Of a stretch of DNA of 64,000 nucleotides, positions 9,880 through 22,492 are shown one piece after another. Positions within the stretch are counted from its first letter, which is position 1. Every line of letters starts with the position of its first letter. The notes under the pieces are model-generated. The model saw nothing but the letters and a program-made list of their open reading frames with translations, searched no databases and was not told the DNA's origin. The position numbers and the translations under genes are program-made. Origin of the DNA: Candidatus Eiseniibacteriota bacterium (GTDB lineage: Bacteria > Eisenbacteria > RBG-16-71-46). The stretch covers positions 160,001-224,000 of the forward strand of contig CAVZLN010000004.1 of NCBI GenBank assembly GCA_963776245.1, written 5' to 3'.

Positions 9880-10970
9880 ACGCCACGCCCTCCCCGCAGT
9901 CGTTCGACGAGCTGGTGGGCCGCGCGAGCCCGTGGCTCGCCGGGGACGGCCCGCGCTCCGAGCTGGTGCTCTCGACGCGGGTGCGGCTGGCGCGCAACCT
10001 CGGCGCCGTCCCGTTCACCCACCGCGCGCGTCCGGAGCAGCTCGAAGGGGTGCTCGCCTCGGTCTCGGGGGCGGCGCAGCGCGGCGCGAGTTTCGGCGGC
10101 GGGCTCATGCTGCGGATGGACCGGCTGACGCCGGTCGAGCGCCAGATCCTGGTGGAGCGCCACCTGGTCTCGCACGAACTGGGCGATGGCACCAAGCCGC
10201 GCGGCATCGTCATCGGCGCCGGCGAGAGCCTCTCGCTGATGGTCAACGAGGAGGACCACCTGCGCCTCCAGTCGATGGCCTCGGGGTTCCAGCTCGCCGA
10301 GGCCTGGGCGAACGCGGACGCCGCCGACGACGAGCTCAACCAATCGCTCGATTTCGCGTTCTCCGACGAGATCGGCTACCTGACGTCGTGCCCCACCAAC
10401 GCCGGCACCGGGCTGCGCGCTTCGGTGCTCATCCACATGCCCGCGCTGGTGCTGCTCGACGAGATCCAGAAGGTGCTCAAGAGCATCATGCAGGTCGGGC
10501 TCAACGTGCGGGGGCTCTACGGGGAGCACAGCGAGGTGATGGGCAATCTGTTCCAGATCTCGAACCAGACCACGCTCGGCCGCAGCGAGCGCGACTCGAT
10601 CGAGAGCCTCGAGCGCGTGACGCGGCAGATCATCGACACCGAGGAGCGCGCGCGCGAGCGCATGCTCCGTGACGCACGGGTGCAGATCGAGGACAAGGTC
10701 TGGCGCGCCTACGGCACGCTGCGCCACTGCCGCTCGATCCACTCCCGCGAAGTCATCAACCTGTGCTCGGCGGTGCGGCTGGGCGTCGCCCTCGGCCTGC
10801 CGGGCCTGCCGCCGCTGGCGGCGCTCAACCAGCTGCTGATCGTGACCCAGCCCGCCCACCTCGAGCGATCCCACGGCGGCGAGCTCACCCCGGCCGAACG
10901 GAATGTCCACCGCGCCCTACTCGTGCGCGAGCGGCTGGCTGCCGCTGAGCGCGAGTCCGGGACCCCCTGA
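9876..10970 (+). CDS. mcsB: Protein arginine kinase McsB
   Basis: LSTRVRLARN, LVERHLVS, MVNEEDHLR, YLTSCPTNAGTGLRAS, VRGLYGE and FQISNQTTLG; GTG start overlaps the mcsA stop. Confidence 0.93.
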   Translation: MNATPSPQSFDELVGRASPWLAGDGPRSELVLSTRVRLARNLGAVPFTHRARPEQLEGVLASVSGAAQRGASFGGGLMLRMDRLTPVERQILVERHLVSHELGDGTKPRGIVIGAGESLSLMVNEEDHLRLQSMASGFQLAEAWANADAADDELNQSLDFAFSDEIGYLTSCPTNAGTGLRASVLIHMPALVLLDEIQKVLKSIMQVGLNVRGLYGEHSEVMGNLFQISNQTTLGRSERDSIESLERVTRQIIDTEERARERMLRDARVQIEDKVWRAYGTLRHCRSIHSREVINLCSAVRLGVALGLPGLPPLAALNQLLIVTQPAHLERSHGGELTPAERNVHRALLVRERLAAAERESGTP

Positions 10971-10987
10971 GCCCAAGGAGCGACGCG

Positions 10988-13459
<2,472 letters not shown>

Positions 13460-13469
13460 GGGCGGCCTG

Positions 13470-15869
13470 CTGATCCGACTGCTCGTCCTCGCGCTCCTGC
13501 TCTCCGCGCCGGCGGCGGCGCAGGTCCCGTCCGCGGAACCGCCACCGGTGGCCCCCGAGGCCGCCGCCGCGCCGCTGGTGGGCAGCGTCTCGGTCCGCGG
13601 CAACGTGACGACCGACAGCCTCCGCATCCTGCGCACGTTCGAGGTGCGCACGGGCGAACGCTACTCGGCCGACGCGGTCCGTCGCGGACTTCGCAAGCTC
13701 AACGCGCTCGGGGTCCTCGACGAGATGGTGGTCGAGCGGGATGCGCACGACGGGGTGGTGGATCTCGTGGTGGTGGTCAAGGAGCGGCCCCGCATCGCGA
13801 GCATCGCGTTCACCGGGAACCAGCGGCGCTCGACCTCGGACCTCGAGCACAAGCTCTTCCTGCGCAAGGGCGAGGTGTATTCCGCGACCCAGGTGCGGAC
13901 CCAGGTGGACACCCTGCTCAAGGTCTACAAAGACGCCGGGTTCGCGCGCGCCGCCATCGACGCGCGGACCGACACGCTCCCCGGGAACCAGGTCGGGCTG
14001 CGCTTCGTGGTGACCGAGGGCGAGAAGGTGCGCATCACGCGGGTGGAGTTCCCCGGCGCCACGGCGTTCACGCCCGCCCGGCTGGCGAAGCAGCTCAAGA
14101 GTCACAAGCGGGGCTTCTTCGGGGGCGGCGAGCCCGACGAGTCGAAGTTCGGCGAGGACCGCGAGAAGGTCGAGCAGTGGTACCGCAACCACGGCTACCG
14201 CGATGCGCGGGTGACGAGCCAGACGCTGCTCCCGGGCGGCCAGCCGCGCGACCTGACGCTGCGCATCGCCGTCGAGGAGGGGCCGCGCTACCGCCAGGGA
14301 GCGGTGACGTGGACCGGCAACCAGGTGATCGAGCGCCCGGTGCTCGAGGCCATGTGGCGGCCCAAGCCGGACGACCGCTACGACGCCTCGCGGATCGAAA
14401 AGGCGAGCCAGTCGGCCTACGGGGAGTATGCCGAGCGCGGCTACCTGTACCTGCAGGTCGAACCCAGCGAGTCGGTGCACGACTCGGTGGTCGACGTGGC
14501 GTTCGCGATCACCGAGGGCCGGCCCTCGAACGTGCGCTACGTGCGCATCTCGGGCAACCGGGGCACGCGCGAGAAGGTGATCCGGCGCGAGTCGGACATC
14601 CGGGAGGGCGATCGCTTCCGCCGCTCGGCCCTGGTGCGCACCCAGGGTGACATCTTCCGCCTCGGTCTGTTCGAGGACGTCCAGATCGACTTCGCCGCCG
14701 CCGAGAGCTCCGACGTGGACATCCAGCTCAAGGTCAAGGAGAAGCAGGTGGGCACCGCTTCGGCGGGCGCCGGGTACACCAACGAGAGCGGGCTCACGGG
14801 GTTCCTCGAACTCGGGCACAACAACGTGCTCGGGAACGGGCAGAGCCTCTCGCTCCATCTCGAGCGTGGCAGCCGGCGGGAGGACTACTACCTGTCGTTC
14901 ACCGAGCCGTGGTTCCGCGACACCCCCACGCTGTTGGGTTTCAGTGTGTTCAACACCATGCGGGACCGCGACCTCTACCGCGAGAAGCGGATCGGAGGCT
15001 CGGGACGCATCGGGCGCCCGCTGCCGTGGCCGGACTACTCGCGCGGCTCCCTCGGCTACAGCCTCGAGGACGTGACCATCACCGAACTGCTGTCCACATC
15101 CACCGCGAGCGATTCGATCGTGCTGAACAGCCTGCAGGTCGGACGGGCGATCCGCACCAGCAGCACGACCCTGAACTTCCTGCGCAACAGCGCGGACAAC
15201 CCCTTCTATCCGAGCAAGGGCAGTCGCCTCTCGCTCGAGAGCGAGATCGCGGGCGGACCGTTCGGCGGCTCGGTGAACTACCACAAGCACCGGCTCGACG
15301 GACGGCTCTACCTCCCGTCGGGCGTGAAGACCGTCACCACCATGCTCAAGGCCCGGGTGGGATTCGTGGCGGAGTACCCCGACCAGCACAGCCCGATCCC
15401 CGCGTACGAGCGGTTCCGTCTCGGCGGCGGGACCACGCTCGATCCCCTGCGCGGGTACGACGACTACCAGGTGGTGCCGGAGAAGTTCGACCGCTTCGTC
15501 GTCACACGTGCCATCTCGAAGTTCGACACCACGTTCACGGGAACCACGGTGACGAGGATCGACACGCTCTATTCCGAGAGCCGCACGCGCGTGCGCTACC
15601 CGGGCGGGCGCTTCATGCTCGCGTACACGGTCGAGGAGCAGTTCCCGATTGTGCACCCGCTGCACGGTGTGGTCTTCTTCGACGCGGGCAACACGTGGGA
15701 CCGCCTGCGGGAGGTGCGTCCGTTCGACCTCAAGATGGGGGCGGGCATCGGCTTCCGGCTCGAGATCCCCCTGCTCGGCAATGTCGGCTTCGACTACGGC
15801 TACGGATTCGATCGCGACGACGGTCCCCGGGCCGTCGGCCACTTCCTCCTCGGCAACACGAGCTTCTGA
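13470..15869 (+). CDS. bamA: Outer membrane protein assembly factor BamA (start uncertain, probably CTG at 13467 or 13470)
   Basis: Signal-peptide-like LIRLLVLALLLSAPAAA, five POTRA repeats, barrel with LRGY in loop 6, FFDAGN and a C-terminal Phe. Confidence 0.93.
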   Translation: MIRLLVLALLLSAPAAAQVPSAEPPPVAPEAAAAPLVGSVSVRGNVTTDSLRILRTFEVRTGERYSADAVRRGLRKLNALGVLDEMVVERDAHDGVVDLVVVVKERPRIASIAFTGNQRRSTSDLEHKLFLRKGEVYSATQVRTQVDTLLKVYKDAGFARAAIDARTDTLPGNQVGLRFVVTEGEKVRITRVEFPGATAFTPARLAKQLKSHKRGFFGGGEPDESKFGEDREKVEQWYRNHGYRDARVTSQTLLPGGQPRDLTLRIAVEEGPRYRQGAVTWTGNQVIERPVLEAMWRPKPDDRYDASRIEKASQSAYGEYAERGYLYLQVEPSESVHDSVVDVAFAITEGRPSNVRYVRISGNRGTREKVIRRESDIREGDRFRRSALVRTQGDIFRLGLFEDVQIDFAAAESSDVDIQLKVKEKQVGTASAGAGYTNESGLTGFLELGHNNVLGNGQSLSLHLERGSRREDYYLSFTEPWFRDTPTLLGFSVFNTMRDRDLYREKRIGGSGRIGRPLPWPDYSRGSLGYSLEDVTITELLSTSTASDSIVLNSLQVGRAIRTSSTTLNFLRNSADNPFYPSKGSRLSLESEIAGGPFGGSVNYHKHRLDGRLYLPSGVKTVTTMLKARVGFVAEYPDQHSPIPAYERFRLGGGTTLDPLRGYDDYQVVPEKFDRFVVTRAISKFDTTFTGTTVTRIDTLYSESRTRVRYPGGRFMLAYTVEEQFPIVHPLHGVVFFDAGNTWDRLREVRPFDLKMGAGIGFRLEIPLLGNVGFDYGYGFDRDDGPRAVGHFLLGNTSF

Positions 15870-15871
15870 CC

Positions 15872-16456
15872 ATGCCCGATGCCTCTCGCCTGACCCCCGT
15901 CGCGCGCCCGATCGGCGCGGGGCTCGTCGTCCTCGGGCTCTTGCTCGGGTGGGTCCCCGGCGCGCGGGCCGCGTCGCCCGCCGACCTCCGCCTAGGCTAT
16001 ATTGACTCGGGCAAGATCTTCGAGCAGTACAAGGTGGCGCAGGAGACCCAACAGCGTTTCGATCGCCGGGTCCAGGGGTGGCGCGACGAGGCCGCCGAGA
16101 AGGAGAAGGCGGTCAACGCGCTGCGCGCCGAGGTGCGCGACCAGTCGCCGATCCTCTCCGCGTCGCGGCGCCAGGAGAAGGAGGAATCGCTGCAGCGCGC
16201 CATCGGCGAGTACGAGCGCTTCATCCAGGACATCTGGGGACCGCAGGGCAAGGCGTTCCAGGAGAACCAGCAGGCGACCGAGGAGGTCGTGACGCAGATC
16301 CGCCAGGCGGTCGAGAAGGTCGCCGCGGACAAGGGGCTGTGGCTCGTGTTCGACTCGACGAGCGGGTTCCTGATCTACGCGGACCGGTCGCTCGACCTGA
16401 CCGCCGATGTGCTGACCGAACTCAACGCACGCCTGTCGGACACGACCCCGCACTGA
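15872..16456 (+). CDS. skp: Periplasmic chaperone Skp/OmpH
   Basis: Signal peptide, [10 protein letters not shown], coiled coil, and [15 protein letters not shown]; between bamA and lpxD. Confidence 0.88.
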   Translation: MPDASRLTPVARPIGAGLVVLGLLLGWVPGARAASPADLRLGYIDSGKIFEQYKVAQETQQRFDRRVQGWRDEAAEKEKAVNALRAEVRDQSPILSASRRQEKEESLQRAIGEYERFIQDIWGPQGKAFQENQQATEEVVTQIRQAVEKVAADKGLWLVFDSTSGFLIYADRSLDLTADVLTELNARLSDTTPH

Positions 16457-16557
16457 CGCAGGGGGCCACGGCCGCGGAGCGGGTTCACGCAAGCGATCGC
16501 GCCGCGCCACGCCGGGGGCCGAGGAGGCCGTTCCGTGGACGGCCCGGGAAGGCGAGG

Positions 16558-17619
16558 ATGATCACCCTGACGCTGGAAGAACTGGCCCTCGAGCTGAACG
16601 GCGAGGTGGTGGGTGACGGATCCATCGCGATCCGCGGCGTCGCGGGCATCCGCGAGGCGATGCCCGGCGACATCACGTTCGTCGCCAACTCGCGCTACGA
16701 CGCCTATCTGACGGAGACGCGGGCGTCCGCGGTGATCATCTCGCGGAACGCGCCGCAGACCCCGGTGGCGCTGATCAAGGTCGACAACCCGTACCTGGCG
16801 TTCCAGCGCGCGGTGGTGCTGTTCCGCCCCGACATCTATCGCCCCGCGCCCGGCGTGCACCCGAGCGCCACCGTCTCGCCCGAGGCCACGGTGGGCGAGG
16901 GCGCCTCGATCGGCCCGCACTGCGTGGTCGAACGCGGCGCGACGCTGGGGGAGCGCGCGGTCCTCATGAGCGGCTGCTACCTCGGCGTGAACGCGGCGGT
17001 GGGCGCGGACAGCTACCTCTATCCGCACGTGACGGTGCGCGAGGAATGCACCCTCGGCGCCCGCTGCACCGTGCATCCGGGCGCGGTCATCGGCAGCGAC
17101 GGGTTCGGGTTCGCGCTCGACGCGGGCCGCTATCACAAGGTGCCGCAGGTCGGCGTCGTGGTGGTGGGCGATGACGTCGAGATCGGTGCCAACGTCACCA
17201 TCGACCGCGCCACCACCGACGCCACCCGCATCGGCCACGGCACCAAGATCGACAACCTGGTCCAGATCGGCCATAACGTGGTCATCGGCGATCACTGCAT
17301 CGTGGTAGCACAGGTCGGGATCTCCGGGAGCACGCGGCTCGAGGACTACGTCACCGTCGCCGGCCAGGCGGGGCTCGCGGGGCACATCGTGATCGGCCGC
17401 GGGGCGCAGATCGGCGGACAGAGCGGGGTGTCGAAGTCGGTGCGCGCGGGCACCCAGGTGTTCGGGACCCCGGCGCTCCCGTTCATGCTCTTCAAGCGCA
17501 TCAATGCGTACATCAAGCGACTGCCCGACCTGTTCCAGCGCGCCAGGACGCTCGAGGAGAGGGTCGCCGCGCTCGAGCGGCAGAACGAGCGGGAGAACGA
17601 ACGGGAGGGTGTCCGTTGA
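16558..17619 (+). CDS. lpxD: UDP-3-O-acyl-glucosamine N-acyltransferase
   Basis: NPYLAF, hexapeptide repeats, [20 protein letters not shown] and [11 protein letters not shown]. Confidence 0.96.
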   Translation: MITLTLEELALELNGEVVGDGSIAIRGVAGIREAMPGDITFVANSRYDAYLTETRASAVIISRNAPQTPVALIKVDNPYLAFQRAVVLFRPDIYRPAPGVHPSATVSPEATVGEGASIGPHCVVERGATLGERAVLMSGCYLGVNAAVGADSYLYPHVTVREECTLGARCTVHPGAVIGSDGFGFALDAGRYHKVPQVGVVVVGDDVEIGANVTIDRATTDATRIGHGTKIDNLVQIGHNVVIGDHCIVVAQVGISGSTRLEDYVTVAGQAGLAGHIVIGRGAQIGGQSGVSKSVRAGTQVFGTPALPFMLFKRINAYIKRLPDLFQRARTLEERVAALERQNERENEREGVR

Positions 17620-18938
17620 GCGGGAAGATGCAGCGCACGCTCGCGCGTGAGGCGTCGCTCGAGGGCGTTGGCCTGCACACCGGCGAGCGCGGGACCGTGG
17701 TGTTCAAGCCCGCGGCCGTGGGCACCGGAGTGCGCTTCATCCGCACCGACCTGCCGGGCCGGCCCGCGGTGCAGGTGCGGCCCGAGAACGCCCACTTCGA
17801 CCCGCGCGCGGGGCGACGCACGATCCTGGTGCAGGACGACGTCCAGATCCACACCATGGAACACCTGCTCTCCGCGGTGGCCGGGGTCGGCATCGACAAT
17901 CTGCTGGTCGAGACGTCCACGATGGAGATCCCGGAGCCGGCCGACGGCAGCGCGGAGCCGATCGCGCGCCTGCTCCTCGACACCGGGATCCTGACGCAGG
18001 ACCGCCCCCGCACCCACATCAAGGTCACCAAGCCGGTGTCCTGGACCGAGAACGGGGTGGAGTTGCGCGCGGTGCCCCACCACGGCCTCAAGATCACGTT
18101 CACCATCGACTACCCGGACACCTTCATCGGGCGCCAGACGCTCTCGCTCGACATCGACGAGCAGACCTTCCTGCGCGAGATCGCGCCGGCCCGCACCTTC
18201 GTGCTCGAACAGGACCTCGCGGCGCTCCGGGCGGCGGGCTGGATCAAGGGCGGCCGCATCGAGAGCGCGGTGGTGGTGGGCGCGGAGGGCGTGCGCAACC
18301 CCGGCGGCCTGCGATTCCCGGACGAGTTCGTGCGCCACAAGATCCTCGACCTGCTCGGCGACCTCTCGCTCCTCGGTGGACCGCTGCTCGGACACGTCAC
18401 GGCGCTGCGCTCGGGCCACCACGGCCACGTCAATTTCGTCAAGCAGCTCAAGCGGACGCTGCCCCTGCCCGGGCGCCGTGACGGTGGACCGCCCGAGGAG
18501 TGGGACATCACCGCCATCCTCGACATCCTCCCGCACCGGTACCCCTTCCTGCTGGTGGACCGCATCACCCACTTCGAAGAGGGGCGCAGCATCGAGGGGC
18601 TGAAGAACGTCACCATCAACGAGCCGTTCTTCGTCGGACATTTTCCCGGCCACCCGGTGATGCCCGCGGTCCTGATCCTCGAGGCGATGGCCCAGGTGGG
18701 CGGACTGCTGCTGCTGAACTCCGTCGACGATCCCAGCGACAAGCTGGTGTACTTCATGGGCATCGATGGCGCCCGCTTCCGCCGTCCGGTGACCCCCGGC
18801 GACCAGCTGCGCTTCCGCCTGACGCTGCTCAAGCTGAAGAACCGGGTCTCGCGCATGCACGGCGAGGCGTTCGTGGACGGGCAGCTGGTGGCCGAGGCCG
18901 ACCTGATGGCCAGCATCGTGGACCGGCGCCCGCTATGA
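17616..18938 (+). CDS. lpxC-fabZ: Bifunctional LpxC/FabZ (UDP-3-O-acyl-GlcNAc deacetylase fused to 3-hydroxyacyl-ACP dehydratase)
   Basis: QRTL..., [13 protein letters not shown] and [10 protein letters not shown] (LpxC), then [11 protein letters not shown] and [20 protein letters not shown] (FabZ). Confidence 0.96.
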   Translation: MSGKMQRTLAREASLEGVGLHTGERGTVVFKPAAVGTGVRFIRTDLPGRPAVQVRPENAHFDPRAGRRTILVQDDVQIHTMEHLLSAVAGVGIDNLLVETSTMEIPEPADGSAEPIARLLLDTGILTQDRPRTHIKVTKPVSWTENGVELRAVPHHGLKITFTIDYPDTFIGRQTLSLDIDEQTFLREIAPARTFVLEQDLAALRAAGWIKGGRIESAVVVGAEGVRNPGGLRFPDEFVRHKILDLLGDLSLLGGPLLGHVTALRSGHHGHVNFVKQLKRTLPLPGRRDGGPPEEWDITAILDILPHRYPFLLVDRITHFEEGRSIEGLKNVTINEPFFVGHFPGHPVMPAVLILEAMAQVGGLLLLNSVDDPSDKLVYFMGIDGARFRRPVTPGDQLRFRLTLLKLKNRVSRMHGEAFVDGQLVAEADLMASIVDRRPL

Positions 18939-19712
18939 GCGTGCGGATCCATCCCGCCGCGTTCGTGGACCCCAAGGCGCGGCTCGGTCTGGACGTGACC
19001 ATCGGGCCGGGGACGCTGATCGGTCCCGACGTCACGGTCGGCGACGGGACGCGCATCGACGCGCACGCGCTCGTCACCGGGTGGACCACGCTGGGCCGCG
19101 AGTGTCACCTGCACCACGCCGCGGTCGCCGGGAGCCCGCCGCAGGACCTCAAGTATCCGGGTGAGCCCTCGTACCTGGTGATCGGCGACCGCACCGTGAT
19201 GCGCGAGTTCACGACCGCCAATCTCGCCACCGAGCCCGGCGCCACCACCCGGGTCGGGAGCGATTGCCTCCTGATGGCTTACTCCCACGTGGCGCACAAT
19301 TGCGCCCTCGGGGAGCGGGTCATCGTCGCGAACGCGGTGCAGTTCGCCGGGGTACGTGACGGTGGAGGACTGGGCGATCGTGGGCGGGGGCAGCGTGGTG
19401 CACCAGTTCGTGAGGATCGGCGCCCACAGCATGATCGGGGGCGGATCGCGCATCGCCCAGGATGTCGCGCCGTTCGTGAAGCTCGGGGGCAGTCCTCCCC
19501 GGCTCGCCGGAGTCAACACCATCGGCCTCGAGCGGCGGGGCTTCGCGGCGCCGACGGTGGCCGGCATCGAGGGCGCGTACCGTCTGTTCTTCCGCAAGGG
19601 GCTCACCGTGCCGCAGGCGGTGGAGCGCATCCGCGCGGAGTTCCCGGGAATGCCGGAGGTCGAGCACTTCGCGCGGTTCTGCGAGACCTCGGCGCGCGGC
19701 ATCACCCGCTGA
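18935..19712 (+). CDS. lpxA: UDP-N-acetylglucosamine acyltransferase LpxA (one +1 frameshift near 19350, probably a sequencing error)
   Basis: IHPAAFVDP, PQDLKY, MAYSHVAHNC, then in the next frame VHQFVRIG, QDVAPF and GVNTIGLERRGF. Confidence 0.92.
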
Positions 19713-19722
19713 GGGAGGTCGC

Positions 19723-20721
19723 ATGAAGCCGGTGCGGGTCGGAGTGTGGGGGGTCGGGGTCTGGGGCGAGAAGCACGCGCGCGTGTACTCCACGCTGCCC
19801 GGGGCATCGCTCGCCGGTGTCCACGACCTCGACCCGGAGCGCGCGGCCGAGGTCGCGGCGCACTACCAGTGTCCGGTGTTCGAACGGCCCGAAGCGCTGC
19901 TGGCCGCGTGCGAGGCGGTGTCGGTCGCGGTGCCCACGGTCGCTCACCGCGCGGTGGTCGAGCGCGCCTGCGCGGCCGGGTGTCACGTCCTGGTCGAGAA
20001 GCCGATGGCGTTCTCGCCCGCGGAGACGGACGCGATGATCGAGGCCGCCACCCGGGCGGGCGTGAAGCTCCAGGTCGGGCACGTCGAGCGCTTCAATCCG
20101 GTGCTGCTCGCGGCCCGTCCGCTGGTGCGGGGGCCGCGCTTCATCGAGGGGCACCGGCTGGCGCCCTTCCAGCCGCGCTCCCTCGACATCGACGTGGTGT
20201 TCGACCTCATGATCCACGACATCGACGCCGTGCTGGCGTTCGTCGGGCGGCCGCCGGTGTCGATCTCGGCGGTGGGGGTCGCGGTGCTCTCGGCGCACGA
20301 GGACATCGCCAACGCGCGGCTCGAGTTCGACGACGGATGCGTGGCGAACCTCACCGCCAGCCGGGTCTCGGTCGAGCGGCTGCGGCGCCTGCGATTCTTC
20401 CAGGGGGACGCGTACCTCTCGGTGGACCTGTTCGAGAAGACCGGGGAGATGTTCCGCATCAAGGAGCCGAACTCCTTCAAGCCCGGCCAGGTGGATCCGC
20501 TCGCGCTGCTCGCCGGCCTGGAGCGGCGCCGGCTCGAGGGCGTGCCGGGCGAGCCCCTCGGCCTCCAGCTCGCCGCGTTCCTCGGCTCGCTGCGCGGCGT
20601 CGGAGAGGGTGCCGCGCCGGCCGCCGCGGGACGTGCCGCGGTGGTCGTGGCCGCCGAGGTGCAGGCCGCGATGCGGCGACGGGCGCAGCAGTGGGCGACG
20701 GCGACGAACCCCGCGTCCTGA
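19723..20721 (+). CDS. Gfo/Idh/MocA oxidoreductase, GnnA-like (possible UDP-GlcNAc 3-dehydrogenase)
   Basis: GVWGVGVWG, VLVEKPM, QVGHVERFNP, DLMIHDID and ANLTASRVS; sits between lpxA and lpxB. Confidence 0.8.
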   Translation: MKPVRVGVWGVGVWGEKHARVYSTLPGASLAGVHDLDPERAAEVAAHYQCPVFERPEALLAACEAVSVAVPTVAHRAVVERACAAGCHVLVEKPMAFSPAETDAMIEAATRAGVKLQVGHVERFNPVLLAARPLVRGPRFIEGHRLAPFQPRSLDIDVVFDLMIHDIDAVLAFVGRPPVSISAVGVAVLSAHEDIANARLEFDDGCVANLTASRVSVERLRRLRFFQGDAYLSVDLFEKTGEMFRIKEPNSFKPGQVDPLALLAGLERRRLEGVPGEPLGLQLAAFLGSLRGVGEGAAPAAAGRAAVVVAAEVQAAMRRRAQQWATATNPAS

Positions 20722-21830
20722 TCGTCGCGGGTGAGACCTCGGGCGACCGTCACGCGGCCCGGCTGGTCACCGCGCTCCGCGCCACCGGTGCGTGCTCGGT
20801 GCGCGGGGTCACCGGACCGGCGCTCGAGGCCGCCGGGGTCATGCGGGTGGCTGCGATGGACCCGCTCTCGGTCATCGGGTTCACGGCCATCGTCGCGCGC
20901 CTGCCGCGGGTGCTGGGGGTCTATTCCCGCGTGCTCGATGCGGCGCGCGCGTTCCGGCCGCACGTGGCGGTGCTGGTGGACTCGCCGGGGTTCAATCTCC
21001 GTCTCGGACCGGCGCTCAAACGCGCCGGCATCCCGGTGTACTACTACATCGCGCCGCAGGTCTGGGCCTGGCATCCGGAGCGCGCCGCGCACATGGCGCG
21101 CTGGGTGGACCGCCTCGCGGTGGTGTTCCCGTTCGAGGAACGGATCTTCCGCGCCGCCGGGGTTGAGTCGCGCTTCGTGGGTCACCCGCTCATGGAGGAC
21201 CTCGCCCCCGAGTGCGACGCCGCCGAGTTCCGCGCGCGCCTCGGGATCGATCCGGGGGCGCCGGTGCTCGGGCTGCTGCCGGGCAGCCGCCGTCAGGAGC
21301 TGCGCGCGCACGTGCCGGTGATGGTCGCGGCGGCGCGACGACTGGCGCGGGAACGGCCCGCGCTGGCGGTGGTGCTGGCGGCCGCTCCGGGGTTCGGGCG
21401 CGCGGACGTCGAGGCGCTCGGCGGCCCGCTCGGGGACATGCGCGTCGCGGAGGGTCTCACCCACGCGGTCCAGGCCCACGCCTCGGCCTGCGCCGTGGCG
21501 TCCGGCACCGCGACCCTCGAGACCGCCCTGATGGGCACGCCGCTGGCGATCGTGTACCGCACCAGCGCGATCAACCACTGGATCGCCCGGCGGGTCGTGC
21601 GGCTGGAACGCATCGGCCTTCCCAACATCGTCGCCGGGGAGGACGTGGCGCCGGAGCTGCTCCAGGACGGGCTCACCCCGGAGCGGCTCGCCGACGCGCT
21701 CGCTCCATGGCTCGACGATCCGGCCGCGAACACCGCCGCCCGCTCCCGGCTGGCGCGGGTGCGCGAGCGGCTCGGGGGACCGGGCGCGGCGGAGCGCGCC
21801 GCGGCGTGGCTGCGCGAGATGCTGCCGTGA
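20691..21830 (+). CDS. lpxB: Lipid-A-disaccharide synthase
   Basis: IVAGETSGD, VDSPGFN, YIAPQVWAW, FPFE, VGHPL, LPGSRRQE, SGTATLE and GLPNI. Confidence 0.95.
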   Translation: MGDGDEPRVLIVAGETSGDRHAARLVTALRATGACSVRGVTGPALEAAGVMRVAAMDPLSVIGFTAIVARLPRVLGVYSRVLDAARAFRPHVAVLVDSPGFNLRLGPALKRAGIPVYYYIAPQVWAWHPERAAHMARWVDRLAVVFPFEERIFRAAGVESRFVGHPLMEDLAPECDAAEFRARLGIDPGAPVLGLLPGSRRQELRAHVPVMVAAARRLARERPALAVVLAAAPGFGRADVEALGGPLGDMRVAEGLTHAVQAHASACAVASGTATLETALMGTPLAIVYRTSAINHWIARRVVRLERIGLPNIVAGEDVAPELLQDGLTPERLADALAPWLDDPAANTAARSRLARVRERLGGPGAAERAAAWLREMLP

Positions 21831-22492
21831 ACGCGGCGCGCGCGCCGTGGTGGATGACGCCCGCCGCGGCACTCGGCGCGCTCGGGATCGAGCTGCTCGC
21901 GCGCACCTGGCGCGTCACCTTCGCCGGGGTGCGCGAGTACGACGCCGCGCTCGACCGCGGCGAGCGGTGCATCTTCGCCGTCTGGCACGCGCGCCTGCTG
22001 CCGCTCGTGTCGTCCCACCGCGGGCGTCACATCGCGGTGCTGGTGAGCCGCAGCCGCGACGGGGAGCTCATCACCCGCACCATCGACCACTTCGGGTTCG
22101 TCACCGCGCGCGGCTCGAGCTCGCGTGCCGGCCGGGAGGGCGTGCTCGAGATGGTGGAGTGGGCTGAGCGTGGACACCTGCTGGGGGTGACGCCCGACGG
22201 TCCGCGCGGTCCGGCCGGCGTGGCCAAGGCCGGCGTCGTGTGGCTGGCGTCCCGCACCGGCTGGCCGGTCGTCCCGCTCGCCACCGCATCGTCGCGGGCC
22301 TGGCGGGCGCGCTCGTGGGACCGGTTCCGGGTCCCGCTCCCCTTCGCGCGCGTGGTGGTGGGATATGGTGAGCCCATCGCGGTGCCGCGCGAGCTCGACG
22401 CGGCGGCGGCCGAGGTCTGGCGCGAACGGGTCGAGCAGGCGCTCCACGCCCACACCGCCGAGATGGCGAGGCGCGCGGGGGAGACCGGATGA
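21827..22492 (+). CDS. DUF374 / lysophospholipid acyltransferase family protein (LpxJ-like)
   Basis: IFAVWHARL, VSRSRDGELI, RGSSSR.G, TPDGPRGP and SWDRFRVPLPF. Confidence 0.8.
   Translation: MNAARAPWWMTPAAALGALGIELLARTWRVTFAGVREYDAALDRGERCIFAVWHARLLPLVSSHRGRHIAVLVSRSRDGELITRTIDHFGFVTARGSSSRAGREGVLEMVEWAERGHLLGVTPDGPRGPAGVAKAGVVWLASRTGWPVVPLATASSRAWRARSWDRFRVPLPFARVVVGYGEPIAVPRELDAAAAEVWRERVEQALHAHTAEMARRAGETG

Noticed and set aside
19340..19360. Programmed frameshifting or phase variation in lpxA (also kbl, the GT9s and purS)
   Set aside because: No slippery heptamers or long homopolymer tracts, and the same +1 pattern occurs window-wide. Sequencing error is simpler.
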